NCBI RefSeq assembly: GCF_000981785.2
Contig: NZ_CP011304.1
Location: 300,001 to 332,000 of the forward strand
Source of the DNA: Microcystis aeruginosa NIES-2549
Lineage (GTDB): Bacteria > Cyanobacteriota > Cyanobacteriia > Cyanobacteriales > Microcystaceae
DNA: 32,000 nucleotides
Reading direction: 5' to 3'
In this document: piece by piece, positions 15,742 through 25,837 of the stretch
How positions within the stretch are numbered: the stretch's first letter is position 1
Layout of the letters: each line of letters begins with the position of its first letter
Made by a program: the position numbers and the translations under genes
The notes under the pieces: model-generated
The model's input: the letters and a program-made list of their open reading frames with translations, nothing else
Told to the model about the DNA's origin: nothing
Database searches by the model: none

Positions 15742-17574
15742 ATGAATAGGTCAATCAAAGATACTGTCCAAAATACTGTCAACGTTAGGAATTTTAGTCG
15801 CTCGCAACTAGGTCAACCGGATGAGAACAATTTATATCAAGCAGTAGCCACAGTTACCGAGGGACATTGGCCAGAAAATCTTTCGGGATACGTTTTTATC
15901 GTCTGTCCTTTTCATCGAAAAAATGACCGTCATTTGTTCTCTGGCGAGGGTGTAATTATTAGATGGGACTTGCAAGGGAAAAATAATCAAGTTAACGTTT
16001 ACAGTAAAAAACTAAAAACTTGGGATAGTTTTTGGCGAAAAGTTTTACCAATATTTAATATTAGTCGAGCCAATTTTCCCGCCGTGATCAGCATTTTAGG
16101 TGCTTCGGAAATAGCGAATACTGCTATGGTTAAACTAGAAAAAGTTGCCGAAGATAAACAACTAGAAGAAACCAGATTAATTCTCACCGCCGATGCTGGA
16201 CGTTACTGGGAAGTGGATCCCGTTTCCCTTGACACTATCACCCCGATTGGTTATTTTGACCAACATATTGTTTCGGTGCCTTTATCTTTTTTACCAGTCC
16301 TAGAAAATACCGCTCACCCCTTCTACGACAAAAAGACCCAAGAATTTATCACCTGTGAATTAAAGCTAAAACTTGTATCGGGTGGTATGTTAAAAGATTT
16401 AGATAAATCGGTGTATATTGTTCTTTGGGATCAACAAAAAAAACTTAAACCCTGGAAACTACAGGGAAGTATCCTCGATGGTAGCCCCCATTCGGTCATC
16501 GTCACCGAAGATTATATCATGATTCCCGATATGCCCTTTCAGATGGGAGTAGCCAAACTATTAGGTATCAGAATTAAGCCTGAAGAAACCTATCCGAAAA
16601 CTCAAATTTATCTGGTTAACCGTCAAGATCTCAAGGAAGAAGAAACCACCGTTCCCTCGCGATTAATTACCTTCAATGGCGACAGTTATCACTTCCTTTG
16701 TAGTTACTATAGTACCAACGGTCAAATTCAGCTTGTGGCCATCCAAAATGCCACTATTAGTTTAACCGAAGCGATCGAAAAAGACGATATCCAACATTTT
16801 ACTGGTCAGGGTTATCCCCCCGAATACCACGGCATTCCTTGGATGTTTTCCTTTGACCCCGGAGTGCTACGCAAAGTGGTTATCGAAGATGCCAGGGTGA
16901 TGAGCGAACAAGCTTTCATCCATCCGGGTTGGTTCTGTACCAGTCTCTACACCGCCGACCCGAGGGAATCGGAACAGGGGTACAGTGCCATTTATCAAAT
17001 TTATCTCGGTTATGTGCGCGAATTAATCTGTCGTCGTCAGTATATGGATTTTCGCGACCAGAGTAATCGCATCCTCAGGGATGCCGAACTTCCCTGTCAT
17101 GACTTGCCCTCGGTATTAGCCAAGGTTCCCTTCGATAGAGATTGGAATCAGTTAAGTCAACAGATTAGCCAAGAAAAAAATGCCAGTGATACTCATGTAT
17201 CACATTTAGGTCGGGGACTACTGGATTTTTATGTTTGTCCCGATGGCTATATTTTAGATAGCATTCAGTTTATTCCCCAAGAACAGGGCTATCTATTGAC
17301 GACGGTTTTAACCCCGACCAAAGTATTAGAAGCTTGGTTATTTAACCCTGACAATCTCAAGGACGGACCGATTGCTAAACTGAGTTTGCCAGAAGATGTT
17401 CACTTTGGTTTTACCTTGCATTCCGAGTATTTCGAGCAGGTGCTGCCTTCTCCCCGTCCTTCCGTCTCACAGGTAAATCAAGTCCTGTCAGCCTTGCGGA
17501 GTCTTGTTTTAGTTCCCGTAGAATTTTTCTTGGGGAGACCCGCAGCCGTTTACAATCGCCGAGTAAAAAAATGA
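15742..17574 (+). CDS. Divergent carotenoid oxygenase (CCD/RPE65/lignostilbene dioxygenase) family protein
   Basis: 610 aa. Collinear CCD landmarks: [30 protein letters not shown] (cf. G.IP..L.G...RNGP..H.FDGDGM), [29 protein letters not shown]. Four candidate iron-ligand His are present in the expected motifs: [34 protein letters not shown] and GFTLHSEYF. The stop overlaps the next gene's start (ATGA at 17571-17574). Confidence 0.65.
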   Translation: MNRSIKDTVQNTVNVRNFSRSQLGQPDENNLYQAVATVTEGHWPENLSGYVFIVCPFHRKNDRHLFSGEGVIIRWDLQGKNNQVNVYSKKLKTWDSFWRKVLPIFNISRANFPAVISILGASEIANTAMVKLEKVAEDKQLEETRLILTADAGRYWEVDPVSLDTITPIGYFDQHIVSVPLSFLPVLENTAHPFYDKKTQEFITCELKLKLVSGGMLKDLDKSVYIVLWDQQKKLKPWKLQGSILDGSPHSVIVTEDYIMIPDMPFQMGVAKLLGIRIKPEETYPKTQIYLVNRQDLKEEETTVPSRLITFNGDSYHFLCSYYSTNGQIQLVAIQNATISLTEAIEKDDIQHFTGQGYPPEYHGIPWMFSFDPGVLRKVVIEDARVMSEQAFIHPGWFCTSLYTADPRESEQGYSAIYQIYLGYVRELICRRQYMDFRDQSNRILRDAELPCHDLPSVLAKVPFDRDWNQLSQQISQEKNASDTHVSHLGRGLLDFYVCPDGYILDSIQFIPQEQGYLLTTVLTPTKVLEAWLFNPDNLKDGPIAKLSLPEDVHFGFTLHSEYFEQVLPSPRPSVSQVNQVLSALRSLVLVPVEFFLGRPAAVYNRRVKK

Positions 17575-20500
17575 TTGTTCTCAAAGGATACGACATTCTT
17601 ACCCAGGTTTACGAAAGCGTTAACTCAGAAGTCTATCGGGCGATTCGCACCGCCGATAATCAACCGGTTATCCTCAAAATCCTCAAGCAAGAATATCCCA
17701 CCGCCCAAGAACTAACCCACTACAAACAGGAGTATAAAACCATCTGCGGTCTGAACTTCGAGGGGGCGATTAAAGCCTATGGTTTAGAAACCTACCGCAG
17801 AACTCCCGTGATTATTTTGGAAGATTTCGGTGGTATATCCTTAAAAAAATGGCTAGGGGGCAAACCTCTGCCCTTAAGGGACTTTTTGAGCCTTACACTC
17901 CGAATAGTGGCTAATTTAGAGAAAATTCACAACGCCAAGGTTATTCACAAAGATATTAATCCTGCCAATATAGTTCTTAACCCCGAAACCGGACAGATTA
18001 AAATCATCGATTTTGGCATTGCCAGCGTCCTGCGGCGGGAAAATCCCGGGCTAAAAAATCCCAACGTCCTGGAGGGGACTTTAGCCTATATTTCTCCCGA
18101 ACAAACCGGACGGATGAATCGCAGTCTCGATTACCGCACGGATTTTTATTCCTTGGGCGTTAGCTTCTACGAACTTCTCACCGGACAATTACCTTTTCGG
18201 GCTAACGATGCTTTGGAATTAGTTCACTGTCATCTGGCAAAACAACCTTTGGAGATTAATAGTCTCGTCAGGGAGGAAATTCCCCCAGTGGTGGAGGCAA
18301 TCATCATGAAACTGATGGCTAAAACCCCCGAGGAACGATACCAAAGTGCCTACGGTATTCGGGCAGATTTAGAAGAATGTTTAAGACAACTAGAAAAAAC
18401 GGCTAAAATTGATGATTTTGTTATCGCTAGGCAAGATCTAGCCAATCAGTTCCAAATTCCCCAAAAACTCTACGGCAGGGAGGCAGAAATCGCCACTCTT
18501 CTCACTGCTTTTCAACGGGTAGCCACGGCGAGTAAAAACTCCTCTCACACCGAACTGATGCTAGTTACGGGTTATTCTGGCATGGGTAAAACCACCTTGG
18601 TTAGGGAAATTTATCAGCCAATTACTGAAAAACGCGGCTTTTTTATCTCCGGTAAATTTGACCAGTTTCAGCGCGATATTCCCTATGCTGCCGTGATTAG
18701 CGCTTTGACTCATCTCGTCAAGCAACTTTTGGGGGAAAGTCTGCCACAACTGGAACTATGGCGACAAAAACTGCTCAAGTCTTTGGGGGCGAATGCACGG
18801 GTTATTATTGATGTGATTCCCCAACTAGAATTAATTATCGGTCCACAACCAGAGGTGTTACAATTAGGAGCGATCGCTACTCAAAATCGCTTTAATTTAG
18901 TCTTTAAAAATTTCATTCGGGTCTTTTGTTCCCCAGAACATCCCTTAGTCATCTTTCTCGATGATTTGCAATGGGCAGACTTGGCTAGTCTCAAGTTAAT
19001 AGAATTAATTATGCTCGATGGCGATACGGACTATTTATTTTTAATTGGCTCCTATCGCAGTAATGAAATTAATTCCACCCATCCCCTAACCGCTACCCTC
19101 GATAAATTAGAGCAGGGGGGCATAATTATCAATCAAGTTATTTTAAAACCTCTGGGGCTTGAACAGGTTAATCAGTTGATTGCTGACACCTTAAACCATT
19201 CACTGGAATATGTGCAATCTTTGTCCACTTTAGTCTGGCAAAAAACCCACGGTAATCCTTTTTTTGTCAATGAATTTCTCAAAACTATCTACTGGGAAAA
19301 TTTGCTATTTTTCCAACTGGAGCAGGAAACAACCACTAAAAGCGACAATAATAGGGGCTATTGGCAATGGCATCTCGGCCAAATTCAAAGGATTGGCAGT
19401 ACCGATAATCTGATTCAATTCATGGTCGGTAAAATGCAGAAATTACCGCACGAAACCCAGGAGGTTTTAAGTTTAGCAGCTTGTTTTGGAGCAGAGTTTA
19501 ATTTATATAGTCTGGCGGTTATCTCTGAAAAATTACCTCTAAAAATTTTACCAATTTTAACTTCTAGTAGCGAAGCTGGTTTAATTATTCCTCTCTCAGA
19601 ATTAGATGAACAATTACTGATTAAAGAATATAAATTCGCTCATGACCGCATTCAACAAGGAGCTTACGCTCTCATCGAAGACAGCAAAAAATCTTTAATT
19701 CATTTAAAAATTGGTCGCCTACTTTGGCAGCATACTTCTGTCAACGAATTATCGGAAAAAATTTTTAAAATAGTCGATCATTTCAATCTTGGTTATCAAC
19801 TAATTAGCGAGGAAAAAGAACGAGAGTTAGTGGCTAACTTGAATTTATTAGCAGCCCAAAAAGCCAAAGCCGCTAATGCCAAAACTGGAGCCTTAAAATA
19901 CATTAAAATCGCTCAAAAACTTCTCAAAAAATCAAGCTGGAAAAATAACTATCAAATGACTTTAAATATTTATTCTGAAGCCACAGAAATTGCCTATTTA
20001 AGTGGGAATTTTGAGCAGATGCAGTGCTGGGCTAATCTCGTATTAAAACAGGCAAAAACCACCCTAGATAAAATCAAAGTTTATGAAGTAATCATCGAAG
20101 CTTATCACGCCCAAAATCAAGAAATAAAAGCGGTACAAATTGGCTTATCTGTCCTAAAAAGCTTAGATTTCGAGATTCCTGAATCCTTACAATCATCAGA
20201 TATACAGGAAGAACTCACTAAAACTAGGCAAAAATTAGCGGGTAAAAATATCGAAGATTTAAGTAATTTGCCGCCGATAAATGAGGAAGAAAAATTAGCA
20301 ATAATGAAGATAGCAAGTGCTATATTTTCTCCTATTTTTATTGCCGCTCCTCATCTTTTACCCATCCTAGTATCAAAACAGGTTAACTTATCAATTGAGT
20401 ACGGCAATAGTTATCTAGCGGCTTTTACTTATGTTAATTATGGCTTAATTCTTTGTGGTCTTTTAGAAGATTGGGAAACGGGTTATCAATTTGGAAAATT

Positions 20501-23500
20501 GGCTTTAAACATTGCCGATAAATTTCATGCCAAAGCCCTGATGCCGAAAATAATTGCCGTCTTTTCCACCACTATTAGTATCTGGAAAGAACCGATTAAA
20601 AATTCCCTGTCCTTGTTAAAATCTTCCTATCAAACCGGTTTAGAAATGGGGGATCTCTACTACGGAACGATCTGCGCCTATCTTTACTGTTTTCATTCCG
20701 CTTTTATCGGACAGGAATTAACCGAATTAGCTGGAGAAATAGCTAACTATGATCTGGCTTTTGTTAAGCTCAAACAAGAAAACCCCCGCAACTATCTAAA
20801 AATCTACGGACAAACAGTTTTAAATCTGCTGGGACGCTCGGAAAATCCCGGTCTTTTAGAAGGACAATACTATCAAGAAACTGTTATGTTACCGTACCAT
20901 CTAGAGGCTAATGATCTCTATGGTCTCTGTGCTTTATTTGTCAATAAATTATACCTTTGTTATCTATTTGGACAGTACAAACAAGCCATTGAAAATGCTA
21001 ATCAAGCCCAAAATTATCTAGGAGGAGCTACCGCCACTTTCTTGATTTCTCTGCATAACTTTTATGATTCTCTCGCCCATTTAGCTATTTATAATCATCT
21101 GGACAATGACCAAAAACAGCAGGCCTTAGAACGAGTGACGAATAATCAGAAAAAGCAACAGGAATGGGCCAATCAAGCCCCCTCTAACTATCTCCATAAA
21201 TTTTATTTAGTGCAAGCGGAAAAAGACCGGGTGCAGCAATCCTATCTAGAAGCCATAGAAAACTACGATCTAGCCATCGCTAAAGCCAAGGAAAATGAAT
21301 ACATTAATGAAGAGGCACTGGCTAACGAACTAGCGGCGAAATTCTATCTCGATTGGGGTAAAGTAAAAATTGCCAAAACCTACATCAATGAAGCTGCTTA
21401 TCTCTATTCTCTTTGGGGAGCAACAGCTAAAGTCAAAGACATAGAAAGCCGCTATTCTCAGTTAATGGTCAATAATTATGGGTCCAATTCCCTGACCGAA
21501 ACTAGGAGAACTACCACCAGAAAAAATTCAGTTAGTCATTCGGGAGAACTGTTAGATTTAGCCACGATTATGAAGGCATCCCAAGCCATTTCTAGCGAGA
21601 TAGTTTTAGATCAATTACTCGCCACCCTGATGAAAATTCTCATCGAAAATGCGGGGGCGCAGCTGGGCTATCTTATCCTAGAAAGCGGCGGACAATTATC
21701 GATCGAGGCCTCCGGTTCAGTGCAGAAAGATGGGGTGACAGTCTTTAAATCTAATGCGATCAAAGAACATCTTCCCGTCTCAATTATTAACTATGTAGCC
21801 CGGAGCGGTCAAACCGTTCTTAATAACGATGCCGCCCATCAGGGCAGTTTCAGCAACGATCCCTATATTAAAACCCATCAAACCAAATCGCTGCTCTGTT
21901 CCCCCCTCCTCGACCAAGGACAACTGCGGGGAATTGTCTATCTAGAAAATAATCTCACCGTCGGGGCTTTTACCCAAGAAAGATTGGAAGTGCTGCAACT
22001 GCTCTCCAGCCAAGCAGCGATCGCAATTACTAACGCCAAACTCTACGCTGAAATCAAAGCCAAACAGAGACAACTAGCGCAATTTTTAGAAGCCATGCCG
22101 GTGGGGGTATTCGTCCTCGATGCTGGCAGTCAACCCTACTACGCCAATCAAACCGCCCAAGAGATTTTGGGAAAAGGGATAGTTAATATCACCACGGCTA
22201 ATCAGTTGGGGGAAACCTATCAGTTATATCAAGCTGGAACCGATCGATTGTATCCCACCGAAAACCAGCCGATTGTCCGGGCCTTAAGGGGGGAAAAAAA
22301 CACGGTGGATGATATAGAAGTTCACCAAGGAGAGAAGATTATTCCCCTAGGAGTGTATGCCACGCCCGTTTTTGACGAAAAAGGAGAAATTATCTATGCT
22401 ATCGCCGCTTTTACCGATATTACCGAACGAAAACAGGCGGAAGCGGAACGGATTCGCTTTACCGAAGAATTGGCCGAGTATAGCCGCACCCTAGAACAGA
22501 AAGTGCAGGAGCGCACCCTGGAACTCAGCCAAACCCTAGAAATTCTCAAGGCCACCCAAGCAGAATTACTGTTTGAAAATGAACTGCTCAGAAGTACCGA
22601 AGAATCTAGCACCTTTGACTACCAAGTGGGGGGCAGTTTACCCATGGATGCCCCCACCTACGTGGTCCGCGCCGCCGACCGTTATCTCTATAAAGCCCTC
22701 AAACGCGGCGATTTTTGCTATGTCCTCAATCCCCGTCAAATGGGCAAGTCTAGTTTAATGGTACGCATGATCGATCACCTCCAACACGAGGGTATCTGTT
22801 GCGCTCCCATTGATTTAACCCGTATCGGCAGCGAAAATGTCACTCCTGACCAATGGTACAAGGGGATAGCCTTCGAGTTAGGACGACGTTTTGGCCTGCT
22901 CAAAAGGGTCAATCTCAAAGCTTGGTGGCAAGAACGGGAAGATGTCTCGGCAGTGCAGCGCTTGGGCGAATTTATCGAAGAGGTGTTATTGCTGGAAGTG
23001 GGGATAGTGGAAGGTTCTCCCCCGAAACCGATCATAATTTTTATCGATGAAATTGATAGCGTTTTGGGCTTAAATTTCGCGGTTAATGACTTTTTTGCCC
23101 TGATTCGTTCCTGCTATAACCAGCGTGGCTTTAACCCGCTCTATCGGCGTTTGACCTTCGCTTTCTTCGGTGTTGTCACCCCCTCCGATTTAATTACCGA
23201 CCACCAAATCACTCCTTTTAATATCGGTCATTCGATTCAATTGGAGGGTTTTAAGGAACACGAAGCCCAGCCTTTACTGCGCGGATTGGCCGAGAAATTT
23301 AGTAACCCGCAAACTGTCTTAAAAGAAGTCTTTGCTTGGACAAACGGTCAACCTTTTCTAACCCAAAAACTCTGTCAGTTAATTCGCACCGCCACCTCGT
23401 CGATTCCCCCCAATGGTGAGGCCTCCTGGATTGAGGACTTGGTACAGAAGAAGATCATTGACAATTGGGAGGCTCAGGATGAACCGGAACATCTGCGGAC

Positions 23501-23723
23501 TATTCGCGATCGGCTCCTCAACAGTCATCGCTCCCAGTTGCTCCTGAGACTCTATGAACGGATTTTAAGGGAAAAGGAGGTAATTGCCGAGGATAGCCCC
23601 CCAGAAAAAGAGTTACTTTTATCGGGGTTAGTGATCAAAGATCAAGGCCGGCTGCGGGTTCATAATCCCATCTATCGGGCAATCTTTCACCTCCATTGGC
23701 TGGGTTGCAGCTCAAATTTGTAG
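17571..23723 (+). CDS. Multidomain Ser/Thr protein kinase - AAA_16 (STAND-like) ATPase - helical/TPR-like repeats - GAF - PAS - coiled coil - AAA_35 NTPase
   Basis: 2050 aa. Kinase at nt ~17589-18390 ([28 protein letters not shown]). AAA_16 has Walker [10 protein letters not shown] (aa 334-342) and Walker [12 protein letters not shown] (~aa 460). The helical repeat region spans ~nt 19700-21480. GAF is at ~21549-22058 and PAS at ~22075-22440 ([13 protein letters not shown]...[11 protein letters not shown]). A coiled coil follows at 22440-22600. AAA_35 is at 22620-23720 ([24 protein letters not shown]...[14 protein letters not shown]...IIIFIDEID...[14 protein letters not shown]...). No HisKA/HATPase module is present. 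Confidence 0.85.
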   Translation: MIVLKGYDILTQVYESVNSEVYRAIRTADNQPVILKILKQEYPTAQELTHYKQEYKTICGLNFEGAIKAYGLETYRRTPVIILEDFGGISLKKWLGGKPLPLRDFLSLTLRIVANLEKIHNAKVIHKDINPANIVLNPETGQIKIIDFGIASVLRRENPGLKNPNVLEGTLAYISPEQTGRMNRSLDYRTDFYSLGVSFYELLTGQLPFRANDALELVHCHLAKQPLEINSLVREEIPPVVEAIIMKLMAKTPEERYQSAYGIRADLEECLRQLEKTAKIDDFVIARQDLANQFQIPQKLYGREAEIATLLTAFQRVATASKNSSHTELMLVTGYSGMGKTTLVREIYQPITEKRGFFISGKFDQFQRDIPYAAVISALTHLVKQLLGESLPQLELWRQKLLKSLGANARVIIDVIPQLELIIGPQPEVLQLGAIATQNRFNLVFKNFIRVFCSPEHPLVIFLDDLQWADLASLKLIELIMLDGDTDYLFLIGSYRSNEINSTHPLTATLDKLEQGGIIINQVILKPLGLEQVNQLIADTLNHSLEYVQSLSTLVWQKTHGNPFFVNEFLKTIYWENLLFFQLEQETTTKSDNNRGYWQWHLGQIQRIGSTDNLIQFMVGKMQKLPHETQEVLSLAACFGAEFNLYSLAVISEKLPLKILPILTSSSEAGLIIPLSELDEQLLIKEYKFAHDRIQQGAYALIEDSKKSLIHLKIGRLLWQHTSVNELSEKIFKIVDHFNLGYQLISEEKERELVANLNLLAAQKAKAANAKTGALKYIKIAQKLLKKSSWKNNYQMTLNIYSEATEIAYLSGNFEQMQCWANLVLKQAKTTLDKIKVYEVIIEAYHAQNQEIKAVQIGLSVLKSLDFEIPESLQSSDIQEELTKTRQKLAGKNIEDLSNLPPINEEEKLAIMKIASAIFSPIFIAAPHLLPILVSKQVNLSIEYGNSYLAAFTYVNYGLILCGLLEDWETGYQFGKLALNIADKFHAKALMPKIIAVFSTTISIWKEPIKNSLSLLKSSYQTGLEMGDLYYGTICAYLYCFHSAFIGQELTELAGEIANYDLAFVKLKQENPRNYLKIYGQTVLNLLGRSENPGLLEGQYYQETVMLPYHLEANDLYGLCALFVNKLYLCYLFGQYKQAIENANQAQNYLGGATATFLISLHNFYDSLAHLAIYNHLDNDQKQQALERVTNNQKKQQEWANQAPSNYLHKFYLVQAEKDRVQQSYLEAIENYDLAIAKAKENEYINEEALANELAAKFYLDWGKVKIAKTYINEAAYLYSLWGATAKVKDIESRYSQLMVNNYGSNSLTETRRTTTRKNSVSHSGELLDLATIMKASQAISSEIVLDQLLATLMKILIENAGAQLGYLILESGGQLSIEASGSVQKDGVTVFKSNAIKEHLPVSIINYVARSGQTVLNNDAAHQGSFSNDPYIKTHQTKSLLCSPLLDQGQLRGIVYLENNLTVGAFTQERLEVLQLLSSQAAIAITNAKLYAEIKAKQRQLAQFLEAMPVGVFVLDAGSQPYYANQTAQEILGKGIVNITTANQLGETYQLYQAGTDRLYPTENQPIVRALRGEKNTVDDIEVHQGEKIIPLGVYATPVFDEKGEIIYAIAAFTDITERKQAEAERIRFTEELAEYSRTLEQKVQERTLELSQTLEILKATQAELLFENELLRSTEESSTFDYQVGGSLPMDAPTYVVRAADRYLYKALKRGDFCYVLNPRQMGKSSLMVRMIDHLQHEGICCAPIDLTRIGSENVTPDQWYKGIAFELGRRFGLLKRVNLKAWWQEREDVSAVQRLGEFIEEVLLLEVGIVEGSPPKPIIIFIDEIDSVLGLNFAVNDFFALIRSCYNQRGFNPLYRRLTFAFFGVVTPSDLITDHQITPFNIGHSIQLEGFKEHEAQPLLRGLAEKFSNPQTVLKEVFAWTNGQPFLTQKLCQLIRTATSSIPPNGEASWIEDLVQKKIIDNWEAQDEPEHLRTIRDRLLNSHRSQLLLRLYERILREKEVIAEDSPPEKELLLSGLVIKDQGRLRVHNPIYRAIFHLHWLGCSSNL

Positions 23724-23747
23724 AAATATCCACTAAGGGGCAATTAT

Positions 23748-23846
23748 TGGGACTTAAACGCTCAATAAAGATCAAATCGAGTATAATCGTTGCAGAGTCG
23801 GCACTTGACGTTGAGAGATCGGCGATGACAGAGACAACCCCGGCCG
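23748..23846 (+). repeat. 99-bp direct repeat, copy A (upstream flank of the GT-C gene)
   Basis: tgggacttaaacgctcaataaagatcaaatcgagTATAATcgttgcagagtcggcacTTGACGttgagagatcggcgatgacagagacaaccccggc matches 25569-25667 with about 8 mismatches. It begins 25 nt after the kinase gene stop. Confidence 0.9.
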
Positions 23847-23898
23847 TATCATAGATAAATGAAGCTTGCTTCTATTTTCCTTTCGTAAGATTAGAGCC

Positions 23899-25578
23899 AT
23901 GAACAAAACAGATGTAATAAGTTGGAGCTATTTTAGTCATCAAAAAAAAGCTGATATTGTCAATATTTTAATAATTATTGCGATATGGACTGTGATGGTA
24001 ATTGTCGTCAATCCTTTGGGTAATTTTCCTCTTAATGATGACTGGGTTTATGGACTAGCCGTAAAATCGATTCTGGAGAAAGGTGATTTCAGCTTTCCCA
24101 GTCCAGCTCATGCTAACCTATTTTTTCAAGCCTTTTGGGGAGCCTTATTTTGCCTTCCTTTTGGATTTTCATTTACTGCATTACGCTTCTCAACTTTAAC
24201 ATTAGGATTAATCGGTGCGATTGGTACTTATGGACTGCTTAGAGAGGTTAATGCCAATCAGAAAATCTCTTTGTTGGGCGCTTTGCTGGTAGTGGTTAAT
24301 CCTCTATACTTTGGATTAGCTAACAGCTTTATGACCGACGTTCCTTTTCTGGCTTTAAGTATCCTATCTTTCTATTTTCTGATCAGGGGATTGAAGCGGG
24401 AATCAATAAGTGAAGTTATTCTGGGTCTTTGCTTAGTTTATGTCAATATTTTGATTCGCCAGTACGCAATAGTGATTCTTTTATCATTTGCCCTGGCATA
24501 CTCGTTTAAAAAAAGATTTAAAATAAAGTTTTTGTTTGCTAGTTTTGTCATATTTTCTTCAGGGATTTTACTGCATAGATTTTATCAAAACTGGCTTTAT
24601 TCTACCGGTCGCACTCGCTTAATACCAGAGAATGTGTTAAGTACACGACAATTAGATTTTCGCAACCACATTATCATGATTTCACTGATATACATAGGTT
24701 GTTTTATTTTCCCTATTATAGCGATCTTTTTCGTAAAAAAATTAAAAGAAATATCTCGCCGACAGAAAACCATAACGATCTTGAGTATATCTAGCTTTTT
24801 TGTTGTCGTGATGGGTAGATTGATTTGGCGAGGCCAAACTATGCCATTGATTGGAAATGTCCTAGCTTATTTTGGCTTAGGTCCTTTCACACTTCGATAT
24901 CCTGATCCCTTGAAGGTAAGTTATCCACCCTATTCCCTTGGTTTAAAAATATTTTGGTTGATAATCACGGCTATGGGTGTCCTTGGGGCGCTTTTATTGC
25001 TTTACTACTTATGTTTAGCAATCATTCAAACTTTTTCAGAATCGGAAAAATGGTTAAAAGTACTAATACTTTCAGCAATATTGATATATATTTTTCTTTT
25101 TGGAGTAAGTTATCCCATCGATCGTTACCTTTTGTTTCTTTTACCATTATTTATGGTGCTTTTAGTGATTTCAAATAATTATATTAACGAGCAAGATATT
25201 GGCCAAAAAATAACTGCTTTTGCCTTGACAATGACCTTTATTTGGGGCGGATTTACTATGGCGGCAACCCATGACTACTTAGCCTGGAATCGAACTCGGT
25301 GGCAGGCATTAAATGATTTGATGGAGCAGGGAGTTACTCCTGAATATATTAATGGTGGACACGAATTTAATAGCTGGTATTTAAACGATCCAAAATATCC
25401 GAGGAAGCGGGGTAAAAGTTACTGGTCGGTAAATCGTAATGACTACATGATTTCTTCTGGATTGCTCGAAGGTTATAAAGAAGTCAAACGCTATCCTTTT
25501 GCAAGATGGCTGCTTTTAAAGCAAGATAATGTTTTTGTTCTCCATAAGATTGCTGAAGATAAAACTAATGGGACTTGA
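23899..25578 (+). CDS. GT-C fold membrane glycosyltransferase (ArnT/PMT, GT39/GT83-like)
   Basis: About 13 hydrophobic segments. The first-loop acidic motif is NFPLNDDWVY, followed by a soluble C-terminal ~90 aa. The first ATG is at 23899; the track ORF opens at a TTG at 23866. It is noticeably AT-rich: I counted 18/60 and 23/60 G+C on two sampled lines, against 32/60 on a line of the next gene. Confidence 0.7.
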   Translation: MNKTDVISWSYFSHQKKADIVNILIIIAIWTVMVIVVNPLGNFPLNDDWVYGLAVKSILEKGDFSFPSPAHANLFFQAFWGALFCLPFGFSFTALRFSTLTLGLIGAIGTYGLLREVNANQKISLLGALLVVVNPLYFGLANSFMTDVPFLALSILSFYFLIRGLKRESISEVILGLCLVYVNILIRQYAIVILLSFALAYSFKKRFKIKFLFASFVIFSSGILLHRFYQNWLYSTGRTRLIPENVLSTRQLDFRNHIIMISLIYIGCFIFPIIAIFFVKKLKEISRRQKTITILSISSFFVVVMGRLIWRGQTMPLIGNVLAYFGLGPFTLRYPDPLKVSYPPYSLGLKIFWLIITAMGVLGALLLLYYLCLAIIQTFSESEKWLKVLILSAILIYIFLFGVSYPIDRYLLFLLPLFMVLLVISNNYINEQDIGQKITAFALTMTFIWGGFTMAATHDYLAWNRTRWQALNDLMEQGVTPEYINGGHEFNSWYLNDPKYPRKRGKSYWSVNRNDYMISSGLLEGYKEVKRYPFARWLLLKQDNVFVLHKIAEDKTNGT

Positions 25579-25667
25579 ACGCTCAATACAGATCAAATCG
25601 AGTATAATCGCTGCCGAGTCGGCACTTGACGTTGAGAGAGCGGCGATCAAAGAGACAACCCCGGCGG
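25569..25667 (+). repeat. 99-bp direct repeat, copy B (overlaps the last 3 codons and stop of the GT-C gene)
   Basis: See copy A. The repeat begins inside ...aatgggacttga, which is the end of the GT-C ORF. Confidence 0.9.
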
Positions 25668-25837
25668 CGATGCCTCCTTGCTTTGACCGATGGTGTGGGC
25701 GTTTTGACAATTGAGAAGAAAATTATCTCCATTCCTGTCCATTTTGGTCAAAATAATCAATAATCCTGAATCTTGGTGATTAAAAAAGCGTTAATTGCTT
25801 TTTTATCACTTCTCTCTGCTTGAGAGAGAAAAAATCC

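Noticed and set aside
25516-25714. ORFs 25516-25710 (-) and 25529-25714 (+) spanning 99-bp repeat copy B, and a tRNA-like gttcaagtccc on the minus strand
   Set aside because: Comparing copies A and B in either frame gives almost only non-synonymous differences, and copy A has a stop in the + frame. The T-loop-like string has no complementary T-stem or acceptor stem. It is therefore neither coding nor a tRNA or tmRNA.
25700-25837. A/T-stem hairpins (aaaaaagc-N7-gctttttt and ctctct-gctt-gagagag) downstream of the DUF255 gene, as terminators
   Set aside because: The stems are very weak or lack a following U-tract on the relevant strand. There is not enough support to annotate them.
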